A stretch of 63,098 bases of DNA, counting the filler, from Sphacelaria rigidula (taxonomy: Eukaryota), in NCBI GenBank assembly GCA_964200075.2. It is 4 parts of 4 records of this genome, joined end to end, with 100 filler letters (N's around TTAATTAATTAA, not from the genome) between each part and the next. Parts side by side here need not be neighbours in the genome. Positions count along the whole stretch, not along the records: positions 31,602 to 47,300 come from CAXNAA020001638.1; positions 47,401 to 63,098 come from CAXNAA020001639.1; 2 more parts are not named here. One strand, given 5' to 3'. Within the stretch, counting starts at the first letter, position 1. Each line of letters starts with the position of its first letter. The notes beneath the pieces were generated by a model. The model saw only the letters and a program-made list of their open reading frames with translations. It was not told the DNA's origin and searched no databases. Of this stretch, positions 38,501 to 49,687 are shown piece by piece. The position numbers were made by a program, and so were the translations under genes.

Positions 38501-41500
38501 CCGAAATACGGTGTAAAAAGGCAAACATGGCAGCAGCAATCGCCAAAAACCGCGAGAGCCCGGGTCGGACGTGTCTCGGTCATATGCCTGAGGAGCGGAG
38601 GTCCTCTACTAGTCTGGTATGAGTGACTCACCTTCCTCGTTGCTGACCTCCTCCATCTCATCTTTCTCGCTACCCTTCGAAGATCCCCCTGTTACGGATC
38701 CCTGGGGTGACCGTTTTATCCGACTCCCTGGTGTCGGTGCGGTCGTGATTCCCAAGCCCGCGAAATTACTGCCACGGCGCCTGTGTCCCGGAGATGCCTG
38801 ATCATTCCCGGTCGTCTTTCCTCCATCCCCGATGCTGACAACTCCGTCGGCCATCTTGATGTTGATTGCTAAGAGCACAGCGAACACAACGACAAACGAT
38901 ATACCTCAATTGATGCCGTCTTGGAAGGTAACCTCTCATCCACCGGCCGGTACCATCAGTATGTCATCATCACAATCATCAGGCGTGAGACCGACAACAC
39001 ATTTCAGTCATGTTGAGGGGAAACATAGAACCCTGTGGCCTGGTACCTTCTTGGTGCGGGAGTAAGTCAGAGGTGTCGCAAGATATATTATAGATAGCAT
39101 CACATCAACACTACGCATGCGGGATGAGGGAGGCACGGACGGATTGACTCACTTGATTTCTTCTTGCGCTGCTTTTCCGAAGCGCTCAAGTCAAGAGTAG
39201 ACCCCGACATCGCTTCAATTCCCCCCGCCGCTGACCCTGCCTTCGAGCTCGCCCCGCCCCCTGTCCCTGGTGCTTTCCTATCATTCCCCGCGCTCCCTCC
39301 TCCACCCGAGCTGGGAGGCACCGACGGCTTACGAATAGAGCCCGATCCATCCGCCTTCCGTGTTGACTTCCCCTGAGCGGGGGGGTCCCCGTCCACCCTG
39401 CCGTTGGACGCGCTATTTGCGTCATGTTCGTACGAAGGCTCCCCGTTCGTCGCTGGTGGATTATCACCGTTCTCGCTCGGGTCCACCACCGAGGAACTGT
39501 CTGCGGTTGGCAAAGAGTTGCTATCTGTCGCGGGATCCGCGTCAACTGCGACGGAGGGAGAGCTGTGGCTTGCAAGGTTCTTCGCGACCGAAGCTGCGGC
39601 GCCCATAAGCGTACCGCCCGACTCCGGGTGGTATGACCCGTCCAGCCCTATGCACAGGGAATCACAACATAGAGAAGGGACGGTTGAAACATGGGTGATC
39701 ACGGTTGTGTCTACAGCGGGAGACACGGGTCCTGTGGAGCTGTGATACTAGCTCTACTAATGGCATCGGATACGCTGCCCTCATTGCAAATTTCCAAAGC
39801 CTGATCGATGGCCCAACGACGGTCACATCGCTAAAAAGAAGAGACACGAGGAGGAATATCATCGTCACTCTGCTTTCCGTTGATGTCATTTATTCGCATG
39901 GCCCACTCACCCTCATCGTCATCCTCCGGCATCTTGCTCTTGAGGAGCTTGATGATATCGTCGCGCTTTCCGCGATTCTTTTGTGAGGCACTCTGTCCAA
40001 CAAGGTGAAGGGGAAGCTTCCCTTTGTTGTCGATAACCATCACTTCTGCTCCCCACTCGAGTAGTAATTTCGTCTGCCATGTTTCACGCGAGAGATATAA
40101 TGACATTGAACGTGAACGTGAAATGAGCTTTCAGGATGCAACACAAAAAAATTCACAAGCCACGGACGAATAGATTCTCGGTGTTCGATGCGGGCGCACG
40201 GCTAGATCGACAACGTAGCCCTATGCGTGCTATATCGTGTACGGGCCAAGGGTGCATCGCAACATCCTCCAGCGTTGGGCCGCCGCGACGCACTACCGCG
40301 TCATAGGATCGTTGTGCTTCAAGTCAGAGTTGCGGGTCCATGCACTCACCGCATTCATGTGCGACTTGAGGCACGAGTAATGCAGCGGTGTTCGGTTGAT
40401 GTGATCTATGCTCCCGACTGCCGCGTGCTTGAGGATGAGAAAGCGTGCCACCTCCACCTTGTTGTAGTGACATGCCTTTGGGGGGGGGGGGGGGGAGCGG
40501 GGCAACGATTTCGGGTAAGTTTATCCAGCGGCGGGCACTAGGGTGCGATTATTTCTTCCAAGATCCTCGAAGGCTCCGACATTACCAGCTATTTTCGCCT
40601 GGATTCAACGTGAGGCGACAGCGTCACCACCAACGCACCCCCCGTGGGAGTTCAACTACAAGTACAGGTGAGGTATTCCTACCGTACCAGTCATAGCTCA
40701 GAACTTCAGTCCATACCGCTCACCAAGTGCAAGGGGGTCATGTTCTTCACGTTTCGAGAGTCAACCGACCCTCCCGCACCCACGATCAACTTGGCCAGCA
40801 CGGAGAAGCCCTTCTTCGCCGCGTAGTGTAGAGGGGTTCCATCCTGCTCATCACTTTCGTCGAGCGACACCTGGGCATATGAGGGCATATAATGGCATCG
40901 TAACAAGGAGACGATAACACAATATCCTGTTTTCGTGAGATTAAGAGAGAAAAGCGGTCAATTAGTGAATGAATCGTTTCAGTTCCGAAATGCTCCCGAA
41001 CGACGCCCATTATGCTTCTTGTAGTAGCTTGCCACTGGGGCGCTTGATACCCCCGAGTAGGATATCGACGTCGTAGCTGTAAGCACACGACAGTGATGGA
41101 GCCAAAGAAAAGCACACCCTGAACGGAAAATTGGCCAAGTTAAAGCGAACGATCAAATCCACTGTCAATCAGCACTCTACCCTCAATCTCACGAAAACGT
41201 TGTTACAAGCGAAAAATCAACACGCATCGACACTCACTAGTGCTGGTAGCACGTGCAAAGTATCAGGAGGGCTGAAGGCACAACACGTAAATTTTCTGTC
41301 GCCATGTTGTCAGGTGATCAGCGTTAACGTTGTTCACGTTGTGTTCGATGGCCATATGTGCCGTTATCCTCGGGTTACCATTCTGCAATTTATGTACGAG
41401 CGCCTTGATGAGGGAGGGCAACAACAACCCACAGCCTACCTTGTGCTCAAGCAGTAGCTTGACGATTTCGGTGTGGCCTCCCCACGTCGCCCAGTGCATC

Positions 41501-41848
41501 GGGCTGGCATGCTGATGACTGAACGTATCTGGCCTGTGAGACGAAAAAAACAAAAGAGAAGATATAAGGTATTATCAACCGATTGAAAAATCTCAGGAGT
41601 TGTCGTTGGGAATTGGCAATTGCCTCTCATCGTGGACACTCGTTTTAAATCCCTACTTCAAGCTATCCATCGTAGCCGACCACAGCGGGGCGCACATGAA
41701 ACGTCCTGCCCAAAACTCACTTGGCACCCTCGTCCAGGAGGCGCTTCGCGATTTCTATGTGGCCGCCCCAGCACGCCCACATAAGAGGGGTGCAATCTTC
41801 CCTGTCTGGCTTGTTGACATCACCACCCTTGGCGATGTAGTCTTGAAC
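35577..41848 (-). CDS. Ankyrin-repeat protein with low-complexity linker, C-terminal coiled coil and CaaX motif (11 exons, 5' end unresolved)
   Basis: Exons 41848-41721, 41533-41440, 40870-40724, 40475-40350, 40073-39911, 39647-39153, 38868-38632, 38353-38202, 36471-36262, 36068-35916 and 35639-35577 have GT-AG borders (several donors are GTGAGT) and join in phase into 655 aa plus TGA. About six ankyrin motifs (TPLMWACWGGH, SPMHWATWGGH, TPLHYAAKKGF, TPLHLACHYNK, TPLHYSCLKSH, LPLHLVG), heptad-rich E/L/K/R segments, and the end SGSCNCTVM*. Confidence 0.88.
36558..37195. mobile_element. Two adjacent palindromic MITE copies (about 36558-36850 and 36900-37195) in an intron of the ankyrin gene
   Basis: TTCTTCGCTCAATTTTGGATC / GATCCAAAATTGAGCGAAGAA and GTTTTTGATGAAATTTTGAC / GTCAAAATTTCATCAAAAAC inverted arms. 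The two copies resemble each other. Confidence 0.7.
40928..41200. mobile_element. Intronic MITE; related left end at about 59100-59203
   Basis: GTTTTCGTGAGATTAAG ... CTCAATCTCACGAAAAC. The internal AAAAGCGGTCAATTAGTGA..AATCGTTTCAGTTCCGAAAT is shared with 59146-59188. Confidence 0.7.
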
Positions 41849-43818
41849 CTGCACGATACAACCGCGGGAGCCGGCATAGTAAAATGACAAAAGAAATGAG
41901 GTCGTAGGTTGACTACTGTTCAAACAGTTAGGCGGAGAACAGAATGAATGCACAAAACGTGAGCTTCCATGAGCCAAGAGTGTTATGCTTCCAGCATCGA
42001 TTTTTTGAGTGAACTCCGAGGGATGCCCACTACTATCAATTTGATCTTCGATTGCATTCGACATACAACTCTGTTCACTCTCAATTCTGTTGGTTTCGAA
42101 AATGAACAAGTGGTGCCACCCGAGAAAGTAGTTATTTCCCACTGGACGCTCACAGGGGAAATCATATCCTGAACGAAGATTGCATTGTCAAGAAACGTAC
42201 TGTGTACAGTATGGGATCTGTTGTCCATTGCAACAGTCGTAATAATCGATACTGTACGCAGTACACTCTTTGACAACCTAATCTTTTGTCCAGAGTGTTA
42301 GGGATATACAAATTACTCCTTAGTTTGATTGCCCAGTCTTTTTTCATTTCAATGCCTTTTCAAAGGACTACCTATTCCGACAGACGTCGAATGCATTAGA
42401 TTTTGGGGCTGGACTCTCAACACTTGATTGACCCTCACTTCTTCAGCAGAGTAAAGTATAACTCGCGAGCGCAAACGCTTGTGTGACGAAAATGTCAACG
42501 TGTCCGGCGGGTACAGCAAGGATGGCTCCGGTTAACGTTTCGAGGCAACCAAAGTGACAAGCAACCTGGGTCAACGGAATCAGTTTTTTTTTTCTTCGCC
42601 GCAGCAGGCTTTCACCCTCTGCGCAAACTAGTAAATACTGGGAGGGACTGCTGCTCTTGCATTATATCACACCTTTGATAATAGTTGGTGCAATGAACGC
42701 CATGATCACAAATGCATTTAGTGATGTATCGAGCCTCCAGCCCAACAGGCAAAATGATAAAAGCTTTACGCAGTACACTTCTCCCCCTACTGCACCACCC
42801 ATTATCCAAGGGGTGTATTATATTACATTACATCTCATCGAGGCGACGCTCATGAGGTTGAAACCATGCACGTCATAGTGCGAAAGGATCGGCGGGCTCA
42901 TACAAGCCCTGTCACGTGAACACCGCACTTGCAATCCGACAGGGAGTAACAATGTGGCTCATATCTCGAGGTGGATTTCACCTTCAATAACGTCTGAATA
43001 AGGACACCAATTTTCTATGTCAACATGAAGAGTAGATATCTATCGCGCTACGAGATGCATCAAGGCATCGAAGGAATCTACATCATCTGGGGATCATGTG
43101 CGCTTCGTTTCAACTCCTCTTGGTTTGCTGCACAATGCGCCTGTATTTCACACGTCTCCATGCTCCTCATATCTTTTGACTCATGTTGAATGGCCACGAG
43201 GTGGAGATCAACGCGGCGGTGGACAGTCGCTTGACGAGATATTCTACATCGAAGAAGCCTACTACTGTACTATCGGTGCAGCACTAGTATGGTCAGCTAC
43301 TGCTGCCCCTCGCCTACAAGGTTCCTGCATGGAAGCGGAGACCAGGGTAAACGCTCGAGAATTTTTCGCTCATGCACGAGGCGTAAGTAGTTGTACCATC
43401 TCAACACACTGACCGGCGAAGACTACACTTTGTTTTGCTGACTGCAATCCACAAAAAGAACGCCAACCGACACAATGCCGATATCAACAACGTCATCCGC
43501 CTACGCCATTATCACCGATTCACGTCCCTACTGCACCTAGAATATCCAACGGAAGTACAGCTTTCGAGTTTGACAGCTTAAGTCGTGTTCGGCTAAGCCG
43601 ACTCATTTTCATATTCGTGTCATGATGCCCTATATCACCGCATTCCATATCCTGACATGATCCTCCCACAGCCAACGACACCCCACACGCACAGCATCCG
43701 TAAACCATCCCAAACGTTGTCTATAGTAGAGTCGTATATCCACCAGTTCTCGTCCTGACATAATATGCCCTTCCCATGGCAAGGCCGAGACACAGACGAG
43801 CCACAACCAGCGATTATC

Positions 43819-44813
43819 CAAGGTTGTATTCTAAGGGTACAGGTTCTTGCATACCTGTGGGTATTCTCCCGGGTATTACCCGTACCCGACATTTAAAAAA
43901 CTTGTGTAGACTTCCATACCCCTACCCGATAGTTTCGTGAGTTCTGTGCGCCTCGCATATCCTCACCGAGGGCACGGGTATACCGTTCCAAAAACACTCG
44001 GTTGGGGGTGCGGTTTTCTGTGCAACCTTCATACCCTACCCTTTAAGTTCGGTAACTTCTGTACGACTTCCAACCCGGTGCTCGACGGTTGTGTAACTTC
44101 AGGAGGGCTTTCATACCCCTACCTGCGGTGGGGGTGTACACCCTTGTAGAAAAATCCGACGCAGGTACGAGCATTGGTATGTACCCTGGGGAGGTACAGG
44201 TGAAGGTTCAATTTCGACATAATCTGATGACCTGATTGTACCCCAAATCCTTCATCAATCAGACCCCCTCGCTCACTCAACACCACTACACACCCACTCT
44301 TGTTGTAATTTTCGTACATGAGCAGCAATGCAGACGGTCAAGATGGATACCTCCAAGACTTGAGCGGTGGCGGTTCATTCGCGCCACCAGGGAGATCAAG
44401 TAGCAAGGTGCAGATCATCGACATTGATGGTGGTCGTGTCCAAGGTTATGTTCTGCAGGGTACGTTCTTCTTTTGGACCGAGGCATATTTCCGTGTAATA
44501 CTGATACCTGACATTTCTGCGACGTCTGAAGGACTTTCACACCCCTCCCCGATATTTCTGTGAGTTCCATAAACCTTCCATACCCTTTGCCCAATAGATG
44601 TGTAAGTTCTGTACAAAATGTCCACCCTTGCGAAAATATCCGATTGCGGGTTCAGTTTTTTGTGCAACCCTCATACCCTACCCGACAAGTCCTGTGAGTT
44701 CTGTAGGCTTCCAATACTTACCTTGCAGGTTCCAAACTTACATTAGAATTTCATACTGGTACCCGATAGTTCTGTAAGTTCGGGCTCCCCACACCCTACA
44801 TCACACAACCATG
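43819..44813. mobile_element. Non-autonomous hAT-like element with subterminal TACCC(G/C)TACCC motifs
   Basis: CAAGGTTGT ... ACAACCATG termini, flanks CGATTATC / CAATTATA (6 of 8 match), and many CATACCCTACC / AGTTCTGT motifs inside. Confidence 0.5.
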
Positions 44814-46678
44814 CAATTATATTCCCACTTATGGGAGGCTTTGATCGTAATTTTGTTTTTGTTCTCAACGGCTGCAAGCAGGATCTGCTCCGGATGTGCA
44901 GGGACTGCGCTTTTGGTAATGCACGATGAAGATGTGAGCTACTAGGCGTCTGAATGCCGGGAAATGAAAACGACGGTTGGCTTCTATAACAACAGCATTT
45001 GCTGTGCCAACTTCTTCGGTTGACCATCGTCGGTTGTGCTCCATGGTTGATATAACCCAGCCCAACTGTTTTTAGACGACGTAGCAACGGAGATAATCTA
45101 CCGCTGTACTAGTTTCTTTGTGTTTACGTGCTTAACCCTTCGGGAACTGCGATGCCGATTATTGTTTCGTCATCTTTGCGAATCGATATCGTTTCCAGTG
45201 GGGAAAAGCGGGACACCAATTCAGGCGCAAAACTGGCCCCGAGTCACTCTCCACTTATCCTTCGCACGTAGCACACCATGCGCTCACGACGATACGCCGC
45301 CAGGTGGCGACCACGCTGCGTACTCACGTTTCATTCGACATGGATGTGACAGCTGTGTACCCATAGTTTACACAGGAAAAGGTATCATGTCAATTGGTGA
45401 ACCTGCCATGATACACGACACGATTGTCTTGAGGCATGTAGTCCACGAGAAAGTTAGAAATTTGAAAGCTGCAGCATGTTTTCTACGGTTAGTTTTGTAC
45501 GGTACTGACTCCTCTAGTGTGAAAATATAGTGTACCGGTATCATGTCACGATGTTGCCCTCTGATAAAAAAAAAGCGGTGTAGTTCCTGCTGTATCTCGA
45601 GACAATTAATTACGGCGTTTTTCAAGGTTTTACAGAAAATCGCATGTGTGAAGCTCTAGCGCGGTTGCTTACTCACGGCTGAAACTTTGGGCACAACTTC
45701 ACTTCCACACAGGATGTAAACAAAGTGGCGGCGTGGTTGGGTGATCTGCCTGCCTCAATGATCACAGTGATACTGAGTTTCGGGAATTGGGTCAAAACGA
45801 CCTCAACGCGGCTATCCTGCGGACCGAGCTCCGCACACGGTGAGTGACAAGGATATCTAGACGCCGGTACAGCAGCTGCGGGGTCGTGTGCAGTTGAGCA
45901 CGTGTTACAGTGACAAAAAGGTGCTGTACGAAACGAAATGAAGGAGCCCCTTCCCCCACACCCCACGCACCCGGCGGCTTTGAGAAATAACCAAAAGGAT
46001 AACTTTCCTTCCCTCTGTTTCCTCTTTGTTTCTCCACCAGGGTATACACAGGAAATTGGACGATACCTTCACCACCCGGGGTTCGCCTGTGCGTGGGCAG
46101 CCCAAAATCGAGGAGTTTTGGCGTGTGCGTTGTTTTGGGCGGTCGCAGCGGAGTAAATTCACACGTTGGGTGATGATGTTTGAGTCATGCTGGCCATTGG
46201 ATAATGATTTGGGTTAAAATGAATAAACCAAGTACGCGAGTTCAGTATAATTAGGGCAGTTGGGCTACTCCTTACTTTGGAAAAAACAGTGTAAAAAAAC
46301 GCTTTTTCCGATGACAAGCCAGAAACCCACTTCTTATGTGATCAGAAAACGCGTTTCACGATGAGAAATTTTCTGATAACATTTCCGACAGCCCAAAGTT
46401 ATCAGAAAATCGTGATTTTCTGATAACTTTGGGCTATCAAAACATGTTACTGAAAAATCCTTCGGAACACACCCTACCGCCCACGACAGCACCTGTGATG
46501 GCTTGGCTACCATCACTACTGCTGTCGCTGGTGCTTGCGGGTATTCAGCGTGTTGTATCATTGTCTCTATCTCGCCAGTAGCGTCTGGCCCTTCAACCCA
46601 TGAAAGCAGCACAGGGCAGGGTCGATGACGACTACTGTGTAGACAGGACAGTCTATATGTGGTCCGTACAATAATGTA

Positions 46679-47125
46679 GCTCAGTTCAGGTCTACGCCGG
46701 CAGCGTGTTGCGAACAGACGTTGCAATGTTTTACAGACTGACCACGCGCCCAAGCCTTGTAGAGACAGGAGCGGACTGACAGTACACACAAGACTATGAG
46801 ATAGGTAGTGCTTCTACTGAAGTACATCCAATGCATACAATACAGCACTGTCTGTACTGTTGTCCGCCCTGTCCGTACAATCGAGTACTACAGTGCAGCG
46901 AAATTGCAGCTTAGTTCAGGTCTGCTCATGCAGCGTGTTGCGAACAGACGTCGCTATGCAATCAGACTGCCTACGCACCCAAGCCTTGTAGATGCAGGAC
47001 CGTACTGATAGTACACACAAGACTACGAAAAGTGCGACTGTTGTGGTACTACAGCCAATGCATACAATACAGCACTATCTATACTGTTGTCCGCCCTGTC
47101 CGTACAATCGAGTACTACCGTGCAG
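46679..47125. repeat. Diverged tandem duplication, unit about 230 bp
   Basis: AGTTCAGGTCT..GCAGCGTGTTGCGAACAGACGT..CCAAGCCTTGTAGA..TACTGTTGTCCGCCCTGTCCGTACAATCGAGTACTAC occurs twice. Confidence 0.85.
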
Positions 47126-47300
47126 TGAAGAATGACAACCGTCACTTCTAGAGTCAGTTAGTACAGCAAGACAACCGTCACTTCTTTTTCATCATCTTAG
47201 TGTGCGGGTGCCCTTTTTTCGTGTAGATGTTTTGGTTTCTTGCCTTCTTCTGCGGGCTGTTTGGGTTATGGGTGTATTGGTGGTATGCTCCTTGCACTCT

Positions 47301-47400
47301 NNNNNNNNNNNNNNNNNNNNNNNNNNNNNNNNNNNNNNNNNNNNTTAATTAATTAANNNNNNNNNNNNNNNNNNNNNNNNNNNNNNNNNNNNNNNNNNNN
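47301..47400. other. Artificial scaffold linker
   Basis: N-TTAATTAATTAA-N, 100 nt. Confidence 0.95.
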
Positions 47401-47619
47401 GCGTGGGAGAACCTCAACTCCGCACAAGAACCTCAACTCCGCACAATGGGAATGGTCGTACCGCGTAGTTTTTTTATGGTGAGACACCCCATGAGGCAGT
47501 GTAAAAGCTGCGGCTGTCTCTGGAAGTGGCGATACCACAGAATAAAGCAACTCATTGTAGGCTGTCATCTAAGTGCAAGATAATCAGTAGGCTTTGGGCC
47601 GAAGAATCTTAGCAGGATG

Positions 47620-48030
47620 CCGCTCACCCTTCATGCGACTCGCCAAACCCCACGGCGCTTCGCGCCTGGTGATTGAGTGCGAGCCTAGTCAGGCGAGAAC
47701 CCGGCGTGCTCCGTCTCGGCATTGTAGGGATGCGAGGTCAGGTCTCATGACTATGGTAGCGTGATTATGAGAACCCCCCCCCCCCCCCACCCCCCCCCCA
47801 AAAGGGCACCGAAAAAGTGGCCATACCCCCCCCAAATTTTGTGGTTAAGCTGCGAAAAGGGCCCCATATGGGCGATATTGGCGAAAACGAACTCAAGCGT
47901 GAGAATTCATAGCTGCTCGTTGTGCTCGGCTTTTTTCATTCCGATTCACGTGTTGATTCCACCTCTAGAAACCAGCCACTTTTCTGGGGTGCGGGTATCG
48001 TAGAAAGTGTCGGCAATCAATCAAATATAC
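47620..48030 (+). repeat. Dispersed repeat; partial copies at about 945-1055 (+), 15505-15660 (+) and 49741-49836 (-)
   Basis: Shared GGCGARAACCCGGCGTGCTCCGTCYCG and ATATGGGCGAYATTGGCG..AACGAAC.CAAGCG segments. Confidence 0.7.
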
Positions 48031-48121
48031 ATCAGTCGATTTCCGTGCAGTTCGTGCCACTCTTACATGGGGCAACAGAGGCAGTCCATACGATTAAAGC
48101 AGACAGTTGTCAAGGAAGGAC

Positions 48122-48215
48122 CTATTGATTTGATGTGACATGATAGTCGCACTTGGACTGACCCCCCAGGGGTCCAGCCGTGGTCTCATAATAGACGTAC
48201 CAACAAAAACAAAAC
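48122..48215 (-). mobile_element. Truncated LINE 3' end
   Basis: CTGACCCCCCAGGGGTCCAGCCGTGGTCTCATAATAGACGTACCAA is the reverse complement of the same tail. Confidence 0.72.
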
Positions 48216-48320
48216 TGTGACACCCGCTGAAGAACAGAAGGAACACAAAAGGAAACAAGGGAAGTCGGGGAAAAGTCGACCTAGGACGACGACAATGAAC
48301 GGGAAAAAGCCAAAAGCTCA

Positions 48321-49687
48321 TATACCGCCTGCATTTCCGCCGAAGGTCAGTTTAGCTGAATACCCACTTTAGAAATGCTACAAATGCAGCCGCCTGATTC
48401 GCCAAATCACGCCGGCAACGGATTCCAGTAAAAGGAACGCGCGGTGTACCTGTTGTTGACAACTCGATGTGGATTCCACCGGTTTTCGGCGATGATGCCA
48501 CCGGTTTTTGGCGATCGACGTGCCTGACCACAGGCTCCCGGCCAGCCCCGAAACATGTCCACGTCACCATATTCTCCGATACCGTTTGGCGGCTGGCCGC
48601 TAGATACCGGGAGTTTTGTTTCGTCAGCCGGACCACCGCCATCCCAACCCGTGAAGGGCTTTACCCACAATCACGCAGCTGTTCCACAGCTTCGAAGTGG
48701 ACGGGCGAATGAATCACGGCGGAGCGAAAACACAGTTTCTGTACACAGTTACTGTAGCCGAAAAAAAAACGCACCGCCATCCTACCAGGAACATCAACAA
48801 TACGGGTAGAATATCTTGCTGCCCAGGTTGAATGGATGAAACACGCACACAAGCACTCTTTTAGTCCTGGCGGGCGCTGCATGCACAGCCTCCGATCTTT
48901 TCCGCAGCAGACGATGGCCTCAACACGGAAATCTCTACCTCTTCGGGTTCTGCTGTCCTTCGGTTGGGCCTCTGTTGGCCTACACCCGCCCGCTAGCTAC
49001 CCACAAGAAGGAGCCGTGGGCACACGATCGGCAGTTCTCTCAAGCTGCGGGGTCGCTATTACTGCCTGCGTGTGCACTATGCTTGGGCACGTGTCTGTAC
49101 CTTGCCTGGCTGCATACGGACGCGCTTTGACGTCAGCCGTAGATTTGTAAGGTGTATAGTGCTTTTTAGGGGTGACCACACGCCAGCTGCCGCTGCCATC
49201 CCTTTTTTGTTGGTTGGCTCTACACCCCTCTTCAGCCGATGTCAGTCGGTGAGTGACGTGTGCCTTGTATTTCCGACTTGCTGTGTGTTTTTCTCCGTGG
49301 TGAGTTTTTGTCCGGCCACTTCGAAGCTGTGGGACATCCGTATGATTGTTGGTACAGCCCTTCATGAGTGTGTTCATGGGTTGGGATGGTGGTTGGAATG
49401 GCAAAACAAAACTCCCGATAATCGGCTGCCAGCTGCCGCCGAAAGGCAACAGAGAATATGATGACGTGTAAACGTTTTGCCGCTGGCCGGGAAATCTGCG
49501 GTCAGGCACGTCGATCGCCGAAAACCGGTGGAAGCCAATATTAGTTGTCCCTAGCAGGTACATCACGCGTGCCTTTGGCCAAAACCTGTTAGCGGCGTGG
49601 TTTGGCCAATCAGGCAGCTGCATTCGTTAGCATTTCTGAAGTGGGTGTTGAGCTGTAACGGGTTTTGGCGAAAATGCGGGCGGTATA
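48321..49687. mobile_element. Non-autonomous DNA element with diverged TIRs of about 410 bp and TA flanks
   Basis: TA|TACCGCCTGCATTTCCGCC at 48321 and GGCGAAAATGCGGGCGGTA|TA at 49687. Arms 48321-48735 and 49281-49687 align as reverse complements (e.g. CACAGCTTCGAAGTGG / CCACTTCGAAGCTGTG). Confidence 0.8.

Noticed and set aside
42100-42570. Candidate 5' exons of the ankyrin gene (DMISP|GTGAGC; VACHFGCLETL)
   Set aside because: Plausible, but they could not be joined unambiguously to a start codon.
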